A stretch of DNA of 42,381 nucleotides from a virus (lineage: Duplodnaviria; Caudoviricetes). Below the pieces are notes generated by a model. It did no database searches. It saw only the letters and a program-made list of their open reading frames with translations, and had not been told where the DNA came from. The position numbers and the translations under genes are program-made. Where the stretch lies: IMG/VR virus record IMGVR_UViG_3300017716_002032, positions 1 through 42,381 of that record; one strand, 5' to 3'. How positions within the stretch are numbered: position 1 is the first letter of the stretch; each line of letters starts with the position of its first letter. Positions 26,720-34,796 of the stretch are shown here, piece after piece.

Positions 26720-28312
26720 CTAGTATCCCGTCACGCTGGATTGACCGCGCGGCGCATGGCCACGGTCGTCTTCTTCAAAGTCATACCCTACCGGCACGGC
26801 AAATGTAAGCGCAGCAGCATCGCCCAAGTCGGGGCTAAATCCAAGCCGCTCTCTAATCTTGTCCTTCGACTCCAACGTAAGCTCATTGTTCGAGCTATGC
26901 CGTGTCGCGCCAGAACCCCACACCGCCGAAGTCTCATCCGCATGGAACACATCGTCATCCGGCACTTGAACCCCTGCCGGGTCCATATACCAATCCCGCT
27001 TGATGTCCCACATCTCAGCCCGGCGATTGGCGTAAAGCTCGTCACCAGTCGGCCCAATACCCAACGGACTAGACCCAAAGTTCACCGCATTAACCCGATG
27101 ACTTAGGCCCATCTCCGCAAGTCTGTCGTAAACGCCCGCACCCAGCCCGCCTACGTCGATGTTCATAATCGCGCGAGGGTATTTCTTCAGCAGCGCAAAC
27201 GCCTTGCCCGCCACCACCATCAGGTCGCGGTCATCCCACCGCTCGCAGACGAACGAACCCATCACGCGGCCCACACGATCCACCACGCCGGTCTTGTCTC
27301 CCCCACCCCTCGCCGGATCGAGGCCGATCACCATAGCCCCAATGGGCGGTATCTTGTTCTTACGCGCCACGGCCACGGCAGGCGACGGGATGAAGCTGTT
27401 ACCGGCCGTCTGGAATGCCTCGTCAGCACTGGCAGGGAACTCTTGCATGAACTTCCAGCACGGCTTGTCATCCGGCTCGCCAAGGGCCGACGCCATGTCG
27501 CGGTTCTTGCAGAAAGCCCAATAAAGCTGTTCTCGGGTTAGCGAGTTATTGTGCTGATAAAGCTCCCACTCACCGGGCGGGAACCAGCCCTCGGGAGCCT
27601 CGCGCTCATAATCCTCGCCCCAATACCACGGGATGAAGATCGCCTCCTCGTCCCCATCACCACGTTGAGCCGCCGCATAGCGCCGCTGGAACACGTTGCC
27701 GATCCCGTTTGCCGTGCTCTCCAACAGGCGCTCAGTTCCCGCTACATCGGCAATAGCCTGGAACGCGCCGTCGATATGCGTCTCAGCGTTAGGCCAGAAC
27801 CCGACCTCCGAGCCATGGAAAAGCTGCAAGGTCGATGATCGGCCCACCCCCTTAGTCCCCGCCGTGCCGACTGAATACGAACAGTCATTATCCGCAAAGG
27901 CCAATTCCTTCGCGTTCGCCGCCTTCGTTCGGGGCTTCACGAACACTGGCGCTCCATCATGGAACCGCTGGGCCATCGCGAACATATTGTCAGTCGCGGC
28001 CTGTTCATGCGTCAGGATGAACGCCTTAAGCCCCTGCCCGCCCCACAGACGCCAGTAGAACCGGCCTTGGAACAACGTCGAGGCCCCTACTTGGCGACCC
28101 TTAAGGACGATAGCCCGGACCTTGCCGGTCTTGCGACGTTGAGCCTCTAGCCTCTCATGGAGAAACCGCTGCGCCCGGTTGAGGACGAACGGCTTAACCT
28201 CACCTGTCTTTGTGCGGATGCGAAGGACGTTCCGTGCGAAAAACTCAAAGTCATCGCGGAGCCGCTGAACCTTGGCTTGCTCCTCGGGGCTTAGTTTGCC
28301 GTCGAAAGCCAT
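26720..28312 (-). CDS. terL: Terminase large subunit
   Basis: Walker A LKGRQVGAST, FHGSEVGFW, LESTANG, nuclease GLDPARGGGD and SPDLGDA. Confidence 0.95.
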   Translation of the reverse strand: MAFDGKLSPEEQAKVQRLRDDFEFFARNVLRIRTKTGEVKPFVLNRAQRFLHERLEAQRRKTGKVRAIVLKGRQVGASTLFQGRFYWRLWGGQGLKAFILTHEQAATDNMFAMAQRFHDGAPVFVKPRTKAANAKELAFADNDCSYSVGTAGTKGVGRSSTLQLFHGSEVGFWPNAETHIDGAFQAIADVAGTERLLESTANGIGNVFQRRYAAAQRGDGDEEAIFIPWYWGEDYEREAPEGWFPPGEWELYQHNNSLTREQLYWAFCKNRDMASALGEPDDKPCWKFMQEFPASADEAFQTAGNSFIPSPAVAVARKNKIPPIGAMVIGLDPARGGGDKTGVVDRVGRVMGSFVCERWDDRDLMVVAGKAFALLKKYPRAIMNIDVGGLGAGVYDRLAEMGLSHRVNAVNFGSSPLGIGPTGDELYANRRAEMWDIKRDWYMDPAGVQVPDDDVFHADETSAVWGSGATRHSSNNELTLESKDKIRERLGFSPDLGDAAALTFAVPVGYDFEEDDRGHAPRGQSSVTGY

Positions 28313-28665
28313 TCATGCACCGTATGCGTCTGCTCCGACTTATCGACCACAAGGCCGTTGAGCTTGGCCGCGTCCATCATCGATGCGCGAGACGCCTGAA
28401 AGCCCGAAGCATCGCCTAGAGCCTCAGCCTTCTCGGCCAGCTTCAGCAGGTGCGCGGTCGCCGACGCGATGGTGATTTCTGCTCTGGTGGCGGCGCGACC
28501 GAGGATTTCAGCGACACGCGATGAAACCTTTTCATTTCCTTTCAGCCTTATGGCGTTTCCGTCATTGGCTGAGTAACCAGCCAGAACGTAAGCCTCCGAG
28601 GCTGATGCGCCCTTGGCAAGCTCTTGCGCGAAACGCTCATGCTTGGCGTTGGTGAGCTGCGGCAT
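28291..28665 (-). CDS. terS: Terminase small subunit
   Basis: KHERFAQ...SASEAYVLAGYS HTH; AKLNGL; start ATG 28665. Confidence 0.88.
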   Translation of the reverse strand: MPQLTNAKHERFAQELAKGASASEAYVLAGYSANDGNAIRLKGNEKVSSRVAEILGRAATRAEITIASATAHLLKLAEKAEALGDASGFQASRASMMDAAKLNGLVVDKSEQTHTVHEWLSTAN

Positions 28666-29183
28666 TAGACCGTCCTCCACGCTTTGTATGACCTTGGGTC
28701 CTCTGCAAACCGGTCCCGCATTTTCTGCTCAATGCGTTCCAGCAAAGCAGGCAAGCCGCGAGTTTTGGCGAACATACGGACCCAGTTGTATGTGTCGCGG
28801 ATTAGGGCTTCGCGGGAGTCTTCGCCCTTTGTGTTTGTGCCATTTAAAAAGCGAGCGATGCTTTTGCGTCCGTTCTCTCTTCGGACTTCAACGGGGCAAA
28901 AAGGTTGGTCGCCGCCATCAGCCACGTTCAGCAGCTTATCGCCGCGCTCCCGTGCCTCTCGAATAAGACGGCGCTCTGCCTCTTTCCAATCCACGCAGTT
29001 GGCTTCCAAAACGCGCATTTCAGGAACGCCGTGCTTTCGCATCCACGCGTAGAGCGGTGTGTTCTTTTTCAGGCTGTCCCGGATATGGCCCTTGAGGCGT
29101 TGCGCTGGATTGTTGGCTTTGCCCACATAGCGCAAAAGCCCGTCCTTATCGAACAGGCCGTAAATGCTGGGCAACGCGGTCAT
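28665..29183 (-). CDS. GIY-YIG family (homing) endonuclease
   Basis: SIYGL...RYVGK...RLKGH...E..LI...LLNVADGG. Confidence 0.85.
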   Translation of the reverse strand: MTALPSIYGLFDKDGLLRYVGKANNPAQRLKGHIRDSLKKNTPLYAWMRKHGVPEMRVLEANCVDWKEAERRLIREARERGDKLLNVADGGDQPFCPVEVRRENGRKSIARFLNGTNTKGEDSREALIRDTYNWVRMFAKTRGLPALLERIEQKMRDRFAEDPRSYKAWRTV

Positions 29184-29284
29184 CTAGACTGCTCTCAATG
29201 GGGTTAGTCGTATTCCGTTTGGTCGCTTAACCTTGTGCCGTAGCTGGGGTGTAAGCTGTAGGGAATATGGACTAGGTGGAGGGA

Positions 29285-29461
29285 TTAGGCAAGCGGAGCA
29301 ATCAGGGCCTTCACCGCATCCGTTAGGTTTCTGTGACGCCCGCGCACTTTGAACGCCTCAAGGGCTTCCGCTTCCTCTTTGGTTAGATACAGGTCCAGAC
29401 GTTTGCCTCCGCTATGGGCTAGACGGGAACGTTGAATTTGCTTTCGGAGGGTGGCAGTCAC
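29285..29461 (-). CDS. Small RHH-like regulator (cassette D), not in ORF track
   Basis: GTG coupled to upstream stop; MTATLRKQIQRSRLAHSGGKRLDLYLTKEEAEALEAF...NLTDAVKALI; paralog of 31973-32179. Confidence 0.7.
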   Translation of the reverse strand: MTATLRKQIQRSRLAHSGGKRLDLYLTKEEAEALEAFKVRGRHRNLTDAVKALIAPLA

Positions 29462-29637
29462 TGCGCCGCCTCAACGGCTTGATTGGCCTGAACGCCAGAG
29501 ATGTATTCAGCGGAGCCGATGAAGGCCGAGGCCAGATCGTAACCACGGCGACCGAAGGCGTCCGCAATCTTGTTCAGAACGGCGGTGCGGTGGTAGCGGG
29601 CGGCGGTTCCGTTTGCGGTCCAAGTCTTGAAGGTCAT
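29458..29637 (-). CDS. Small hypothetical protein (cassette D cargo)
   Basis: AAGGAGAG RBS, MTFKTWTANG... Confidence 0.75.
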   Translation of the reverse strand: MTFKTWTANGTAARYHRTAVLNKIADAFGRRGYDLASAFIGSAEYISGVQANQAVEAAQ

Positions 29638-29659
29638 GTCGTTCTCTCCTTGTTGATCC

Positions 29660-29688
29660 CTTGTCCCACAGTGACCGGACGCGGTCAA
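29660..29688 (-). promoter_or_regulatory. Cassette D promoter with palindromic operator
   Basis: TTGACC-17-GACAAG; TGACCG-GACG-CGGTCA at 29672-29687 overlaps the -35. Confidence 0.7.
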
Positions 29689-29855
29689 GCACTATTTTCG
29701 GGCTTTTCGCTTTTTCTTACGGCGTCCTCGAACTCCGGGCCGGTCATATCCGTTGCATCTATGTCGCCCGGCAGAACCTTTTGACGCCATCGCCAGCCCT
29801 CGCCGGTTCGGTATGTGAATCGAAACCCGGCACCGGGAAGCGTTAGGGGGATCAC
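29685..29855 (-). CDS. Small hypothetical protein (cassette E second gene), not in ORF track
   Basis: GTG coupled to upstream stop; MIPLTLPGAGFRFTYRTGEGWRW... Confidence 0.55.
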   Translation of the reverse strand: MIPLTLPGAGFRFTYRTGEGWRWRQKVLPGDIDATDMTGPEFEDAVRKSEKPENSA

Positions 29856-30037
29856 GCCCCCCGCCGCCGCATGATGTAACCGAAGTTTTGTTCGGCGTTG
29901 TATTCGCTGACCTCGCCGCCATTAAGAAAATATTGCACCGCGCCGTTCGCCTTCAGAAAGGCGGAAAGGGCGACACCACAGGCGCTTTCGATGCGCGGGG
30001 CGTTAACGGCGTTGTTTTTGAAATCTGCGAAGGTCAT
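29852..30037 (-). CDS. Small hypothetical protein (cassette E cargo)
   Basis: AGGGAGAG RBS, MTFADFKNN... Confidence 0.72.
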   Translation of the reverse strand: MTFADFKNNAVNAPRIESACGVALSAFLKANGAVQYFLNGGEVSEYNAEQNFGYIMRRRGA

Positions 30038-30059
30038 TTCGTCTCTCCCTGTTGAAGAG

Positions 30060-30088
30060 AGTAAACCCGATTAAGTCCGGTCACGCAA
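30060..30088 (-). promoter_or_regulatory. Cassette E promoter
   Basis: TTGCGT-17-TTTACT; contains GTGACCGGAC, also present in the cassette D operator. Confidence 0.6.
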
Positions 30089-30315
30089 CCCCTTTGACAG
30101 ATTTATTTTACACGCCGTCCAGACGCAGCCAGCCGATGCTCACAAGCTGGGCCATAAGCCCCGACGATTGCGGCCAGTCTCGGCGCGTCACCATAGTCCG
30201 CAACGGTACCCGGACGGCTCTGGATCGCATCTGCCGGGTCATTCCATCTCCCGCAACACCGTCACCGCCGCTGTAATGCAACAGGCAATGGCGATGATTG
30301 TCAGGAGGAATGTCG

Positions 30316-30498
30316 TCACTTGGCCTTGGCTTTCGCTTTGGGCCTTTCAGGCTCGGCCTCTTGACTGGCGCGGGCAATCTCTCGCCAAAACTCACGCTGG
30401 GCTTCCGTGGCACCTTCCCAATCCGCGTAAGGGGTATCGGTCAGAATGCCACGGAGTGCGCTTGCCTTGTCAGCTAGACGCCTTGCAACCCGGTCCAT
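30316..30498 (-). CDS. Small hypothetical protein
   Basis: Coupled ORF in the late operon. Confidence 0.6.
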   Translation of the reverse strand: MDRVARRLADKASALRGILTDTPYADWEGATEAQREFWREIARASQEAEPERPKAKAKAK

Positions 30499-30665
30499 TA
30501 AACAACTTCCCGGCGCTTTTCACCGTCAACCTCGGTCAAGCGCCACCGCAAACCGTCCCCGCGTGTCCAATACTCTTCGCCTTCGCGAATGATACCGGGC
30601 ATCGGGAAAGCCCCCAACATGGGGCGCGGCTTTACCGGAAGCGCAAAGAACTCTTCGGTTGTCAT
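30498..30665 (-). CDS. Small hypothetical protein, not in ORF track
   Basis: MTTEEFFALPVKPRP...EKRREVV*, TAATG coupling. Confidence 0.55.
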   Translation of the reverse strand: MTTEEFFALPVKPRPMLGAFPMPGIIREGEEYWTRGDGLRWRLTEVDGEKRREVV

Positions 30666-30667
30666 TG

Positions 30668-31099
30668 TCAGACGGGGACCGCGTAAACGATAAAGAGGTT
30701 GAGCGTTCCGTCCTGAAGGTTTGCCGTGCCGCCAGAGCTTGCTACCGTGTAATGGACGGTTTCAGCCGGATTGCGGCCCGCGTAAACGATAGTCGCGTTG
30801 ACGACGCCCTGAGCCTTTACATCAACGTCAGCGACGTATTGCTGGCCATTGGCAGCAGAGCCGAGGCGAATGTTCGTGTTAGTCGGGGTGCCCGGAATAG
30901 CTACCGGGGTTTCGATGTAATAGTGATCGACAAACGCACCGGCTGGCATAGTGAAAGTGCCAGCGGCAGCACCGTCCACAACGGTCACCACGACCTTTTT
31001 CTGCGCCATTGCGGCATCACCGCTAACCGTGGCCGCATCAAACGTGCCGACATCGGCCTCGACACTGCCCGTGCCTTGATCGTTTCTAAAGTTCGTCAT
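30668..31099 (-). CDS. Beta-rich virion-like (decoration-type) protein, first late gene
   Basis: AGGA RBS; TFTMPAGAFV...NIRLGSAANGQQYVADVDV resembles phage decoration proteins. Confidence 0.7.
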   Translation of the reverse strand: MTNFRNDQGTGSVEADVGTFDAATVSGDAAMAQKKVVVTVVDGAAAGTFTMPAGAFVDHYYIETPVAIPGTPTNTNIRLGSAANGQQYVADVDVKAQGVVNATIVYAGRNPAETVHYTVASSGGTANLQDGTLNLFIVYAVPV

Positions 31100-31102
31100 C
31101 TT

Positions 31103-31275
31103 TGTTCCTGAATGTGAAAAAGCCCCACGAAGGGGCTAGGCCATGCCGTAGGGCTTGCCGGTAGGGCCTCCAACTTTCGTTGGGATTCCCATTGCGAGAC
31201 GCTTGTGTTGCGGAATCAGCTTCGGTTGAAGCTTGGGGCCGGTTTTCTTCATCGACTAATCTCCACCGAAGACCC
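31103..31275 (-). ncRNA. Structured late leader RNA (about six tandem hairpins)
   Basis: GCCGG..CCGGC; AGCTTC-AACC-GAAGCT; GATTCC..GGAATC; CCAAC-GAAA-GTTGG; AGGCC..GGCCT; terminator. Confidence 0.5.
31117..31137 (-). terminator. Intrinsic terminator in the late leader
   Basis: AGCCCC-TTCGT-GGGGCT-TTTT on minus. Confidence 0.75.
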
Positions 31276-31279
31276 GGCG

Positions 31280-31308
31280 AGTATCGGCTCAAATGCCTAA
31301 ATAGTCAA
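31280..31308 (-). promoter_or_regulatory. Probable late promoter
   Basis: TTGACT-17-GATACT pointing into the virion operon. Confidence 0.65.
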
Positions 31309-31351
31309 TGCCGCCGCCCGCCTGTCGTCACTTCCCTTCTTGTGATTGGGG

Positions 31352-31380
31352 ATGATGCATTGTGACCGTCACTCGGTCAA
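31352..31380 (-). promoter_or_regulatory. Orphan cassette-type promoter/operator
   Basis: TTGACC-17-CATCAT with TGACCG-N5-CGGTCA (31363-31379); followed by an RBS-like tract but no substantial ORF. Confidence 0.45.
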
Positions 31381-31542
31381 GCCGTGCTTAAGCGCCATCA
31401 GGATAGCCCGGTGGGCTGGACCGCTTGGGCCTAGCTTGGCGTAATTTTGTGCGGTCTTGGGACTGACCATGAGCCACCGGCCCGCCGCTTGCTGCGACAG
31501 GCCGAGGGTTGAGAGGGCGGCGCGGTATTCAGCCGGGGTCAT
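31369..31542 (-). CDS. Small XRE/Cro-like HTH regulator (cassette B), not in ORF track
   Basis: MTPAEYRAALSTLGLSQQAAGRWLMVSPKTAQNYAKLGPSGP...; clear paralog of 503-736. Confidence 0.8.
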   Translation of the reverse strand: MTPAEYRAALSTLGLSQQAAGRWLMVSPKTAQNYAKLGPSGPAHRAILMALKHGLTE

Positions 31543-31802
31543 GCTTCCCTCGCAAATTTTTCAGCATCTTTGGCGCACTCATTCCAGTCAACGCGCTCGC
31601 CTTTCATTTGATCGAAAACCATGCATTCGGTGCCGTCTGACTTAACGACAAACGTTGCGCGGGTGTCGTTCCAGCCTTCGCGTTTGACCCGCTCTTGCTT
31701 GACGGTCATGCCCATCGCCTCGACGGCGACGACGAAATCAGCCTTGGTGTTTACATCAAACTGGCGGCGGTTGTGATGCATATTGCTAACGGGGCGAGCC
31801 AT
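31539..31802 (-). CDS. Small hypothetical protein (cassette B cargo)
   Basis: 87 aa, follows promoter and leader, ATGA-coupled to the HTH gene. Confidence 0.75.
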   Translation of the reverse strand: MARPVSNMHHNRRQFDVNTKADFVVAVEAMGMTVKQERVKREGWNDTRATFVVKSDGTECMVFDQMKGERVDWNECAKDAEKFAREA

Positions 31803-31825
31803 CTGTCTGTTTCCGTCCGGCTAGT

Positions 31826-31880
31826 GCTTGATTGCCCTGCGCCGATGAACCCTTGTCCCACATGGGCAGATATTACGCAA
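31826..31880 (-). promoter_or_regulatory. Cassette B promoter and leader motif
   Basis: TTGCGT-17-GACAAG; inverted repeat CCCA-TG-TGGG; leader AGGGCAATCAAGC identical to cassette A. Confidence 0.65.
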
Positions 31881-31972
31881 TAGGGAAAATGCGTGAGGGG
31901 CAAAAAAAGTTGAGCAAGGCGCGGCGGGTCCGGTGAAACCCGTTATTCCGCGCCCACTAGGCCCTCTACCTC

Positions 31973-32179
31973 CTAGCTGCTCAATGGGGTGTCCCGCGCC
32001 ATAACAACCAGTGCGGCGCTAATAGCGTAGGAAATAGCGTCTGCCGTCGTATAATCGTAACGGTCTTTGATTTGTTGCAGGACGGCGAGGCGGGCAGCGT
32101 CTAGCACTACCTCAACGCGCTTTGCTCCAGATTGGGCTTGGCGGGAACGGGCGCGTTGAGTGCGGAGGGTGGCGGTCAT
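31973..32179 (-). CDS. Small RHH-like regulator (cassette C)
   Basis: MTATLRTQRARSRQAQSGAKRVEVVLD...TTADAISYAI; paralog of 29285-29461. Confidence 0.72.
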   Translation of the reverse strand: MTATLRTQRARSRQAQSGAKRVEVVLDAARLAVLQQIKDRYDYTTADAISYAISAALVVMARDTPLSS

Positions 32180-32790
32180 GCGGCAAACAAGCTCATCTGG
32201 GGGTCACTCCATGTTCCGTCCCATTGATCGGCCATAGCATCAGCAATTCCTTGAAAAGTCTTGCTTCGCTCTTTCCATCGGGTTGGGCTTGGCCGGAGGT
32301 AATGCAGGCGTTCACGTTCTCTTTTCGGCAACAACATCATTTCGCTGTAAACCATAGCAGTGGGGCGCAAGGGCGGCAGACCCTTGAGCCAAAGGCAGGT
32401 TGCCTTCTGTTCCATGTGTCCAAACATCCACGGCTGAACGACTTGATCGGCTTTGCGAATGTGAGTGCTGATAACCGAAACCGGGTTTTCAATGCAGATG
32501 CGAGGAATAGGCGCGTCCATTAACGCCCTGACAAACGCCAATGACGCCGCTTGCCGACCATCTGCTATCTTTTCCTTAAACCATGCCGCACCACTAACCG
32601 CCAAGTCTGTGCAAGGCGGGTGGCCTATCATCAAATCCCAGCCGTCATCCAGAATGTCCAAAACACTGCCCTCGTAATGAGGTCCGGGCGCGTCGGTCGG
32701 CAATAGATCGCACGACATGGCATCATGTCCACGGGCGCGAAATGCGTCTCGAACGGTTCCGCTGTATTCGCAAGCGACCAGAATACGCAT
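32176..32790 (-). CDS. DNA cytosine methyltransferase-like protein
   Basis: ILVACEYSG, HPPCT (PC motif), IENPV (ENV-like), RSKTFQGIADAMADQW. Confidence 0.8.
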   Translation of the reverse strand: MRILVACEYSGTVRDAFRARGHDAMSCDLLPTDAPGPHYEGSVLDILDDGWDLMIGHPPCTDLAVSGAAWFKEKIADGRQAASLAFVRALMDAPIPRICIENPVSVISTHIRKADQVVQPWMFGHMEQKATCLWLKGLPPLRPTAMVYSEMMLLPKRERERLHYLRPSPTRWKERSKTFQGIADAMADQWDGTWSDPQMSLFAA

Positions 32791-33059
32791 TAGGCGTTAT
32801 TGAGGCAGGCAATGGCCGCATCAGCCGTCCAAAAGGTGCCAATCGGGCGAACGTCCGCGCCGCCGACAATGCGGCCAGCCGAGTTGGTGGCAAACGCTAA
32901 AGCGTTGACGTGGTATGCCCCATTTTTAATGGATACGCCCATACGAACGCCGGTGCGCTTGGCTGCGGCCAATGTAGCTGCTTGAACGGCGTTAATAACC
33001 GGAACGGCGTCGATTTTAGCAATCTCGCGGGCCGTGAGGCGTTCGGTCTTGAAGGTCAT
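32790..33059 (-). CDS. Small hypothetical protein (cassette C cargo)
   Basis: AGGGAGA RBS, MTFKTERL... Confidence 0.75.
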   Translation of the reverse strand: MTFKTERLTAREIAKIDAVPVINAVQAATLAAAKRTGVRMGVSIKNGAYHVNALAFATNSAGRIVGGADVRPIGTFWTADAAIACLNNA

Positions 33060-33083
33060 GTCGTTTTCTCCCTTTGATGCACC

Positions 33084-33112
33084 CTTATCCCATACCGTTT
33101 CCGGTTACGCAA
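33084..33112 (-). promoter_or_regulatory. Cassette C promoter with operator
   Basis: TTGCGT-17-GATAAG; ACCG-TTTC-CGGT at 33094-33105. Confidence 0.65.
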
Positions 33113-33290
33113 TAGCCCGCGTGATTATTTTTGCGCTTTTTGAAATTGCCGCATAAACGCTCCCGGCGGCTCCCCATGCTTATCAGCGATGCGGAAAACA
33201 GGCATTCCAGCCTCTGCACGGTGGGCAAGCCATCGGTCACGCGCGGCCCTGCTTTTTGGACAGGCGTAGGAACGGACGGAGGTGATCGGG

Positions 33291-33677
33291 TCATTCATGG
33301 CTAAAGGTCACTCCGTTTTGCGCTCCCCACGCGGTCATAAATTCTATCAGGTCGCCCATCTCTTGCCGGTCAAGATCGGATGACCGGAGGCCAAGCGGAA
33401 ACCAGTTCTGGCCGTCCAGCGTCGGCATCATCACCATCTCAGCGCCTAGCGCCTGCATCATCACGGCTTTCCATTTCACCGGGTCCATTGGCAGATTGCA
33501 ATGCACCGGCTTTTGCTCGGCAAGCTCGGTCAACATTGCCCACATTTTATCATTCTGGGGCAGGCTACGTTTCGGCCTTGCAAGGGTGATGCGGGACAGG
33601 TCGGGGAGCGCCCAGACCCATCCGCACACCTTCTCTCTATCCTGTTTAGATCGCAGGACGATAGCGGCCTTTGTCAC
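33291..33677 (-). CDS. ninB: NinB/Orf-family recombination protein
   Basis: KRSLPQNDKMWAMLTELAEQ...RSSDL...MGDLIEFMTAWGAQNGV. Confidence 0.88.
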   Translation of the reverse strand: MTKAAIVLRSKQDREKVCGWVWALPDLSRITLARPKRSLPQNDKMWAMLTELAEQKPVHCNLPMDPVKWKAVMMQALGAEMVMMPTLDGQNWFPLGLRSSDLDRQEMGDLIEFMTAWGAQNGVTFSHE

Positions 33678-34405
33678 TAGACCACCGTTTGCACTTCGAC
33701 GACATCGAAGCCGGGAATGTCACGCCTCCCCGACGCCACGTCCGCATCCGCCAGCTTTTGCAGAAACGCATTGAACGCGGACGGGTCGCGCTTCCAATAT
33801 GCCCCGGCTGCCACTTGGGCATCCACCAGAACCGCGTTGTAAGATGTTCTTAGGGTCGCGGCCCTTCCCATACCAGACGCTTGCGGGCGAGCGTTCTCGG
33901 CGTCCCTAGCGGCCTTTTGCGCGGCTTGGGCTTCCTGTATTTTTTGCTCCGCGTCCTCGCGTTCTGAAAGGTTAGCGCTCTGGGCTTGGCGCATAGCTTC
34001 CGCCGCGTCCTGAATAGCCTTCTCAGCTACCAGACGCGCGGCTTCCGCCTTGGCCTTTTGTTCGTCGTCCAGCTTTTTCAGCCACGGCGCGAGGCAAGCC
34101 TTAAGAGCCTCGACCGCTTGAACCGTCTTACCCTTGACGGCTTTCGTGTTGCCGATGAGCGGAGCGTATCGGGCTTGGACCTCGGCCTTGCCAGCATCGA
34201 AAGGCTCGTTTTCCTTTACGCGCTCCGCATCCGCCGCCTTTTCCGCTTGCTGGATTTGGCGCATCAGGGTTTGCACGGCCTCGGCCTGACCCGGCGTGGT
34301 GATCGGCTCGCCGTCTGCAAAATTTCGCGCCTCCGCATAAAGGTCGTCGATACATTCGCAGATCAGGTCATAGGGCCGCGCGTTGGGGATAGGTTCAGCA
34401 CTCAT
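33677..34405 (-). CDS. Coiled-coil phage protein of the recombination module
   Basis: Start ATG 34405; EKAADAERVKENEPFDAGKAEVQARY, ends RDIPGFDVVE. Confidence 0.75.
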   Translation of the reverse strand: MSAEPIPNARPYDLICECIDDLYAEARNFADGEPITTPGQAEAVQTLMRQIQQAEKAADAERVKENEPFDAGKAEVQARYAPLIGNTKAVKGKTVQAVEALKACLAPWLKKLDDEQKAKAEAARLVAEKAIQDAAEAMRQAQSANLSEREDAEQKIQEAQAAQKAARDAENARPQASGMGRAATLRTSYNAVLVDAQVAAGAYWKRDPSAFNAFLQKLADADVASGRRDIPGFDVVEVQTVV

Positions 34406-34793
34406 GGCTAAACGCCGGGCGAATGAATGGCACATCGTCGTCGAGAGCAAAATCTCGCAAACTGGGCTTGTTGGAATATTCGCCACCGCCGCCCGCCGCC
34501 TTCAGAGCGCTTTGCAGGGTCAGGCTATCAACGCGGACGGTCAAGTAGCTCTTGCCTTCATGCTCGCGCTTGGACAAGTCGCCACAGACCGTCACGCTTG
34601 ACCCTTTCGTCAGGTATTGCGCCAGACTATCGCCACGCGCACCCCACAGGTTGCAGTCGAAAAAGATCGTTCCCTTTTCCTTTCCAGATCGATCATCAAC
34701 CGCGACGGAAAACGCCGTCACCTTATCGCCTCCCGTTATCGTCCGTTGTTCGGCGTCTTTGGTGATGCGCCCGGCAATCGTAATGTTTTTCAT
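34395..34793 (-). CDS. ssb: Single-stranded DNA-binding protein
   Basis: ITIAGRITKDAE, FSVAV, YLTKGSSVTVCG, DDDVPF. Confidence 0.92.
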   Translation of the reverse strand: MKNITIAGRITKDAEQRTITGGDKVTAFSVAVDDRSGKEKGTIFFDCNLWGARGDSLAQYLTKGSSVTVCGDLSKREHEGKSYLTVRVDSLTLQSALKAAGGGGEYSNKPSLRDFALDDDVPFIRPAFSHEC

Positions 34794-34796
34794 AGG

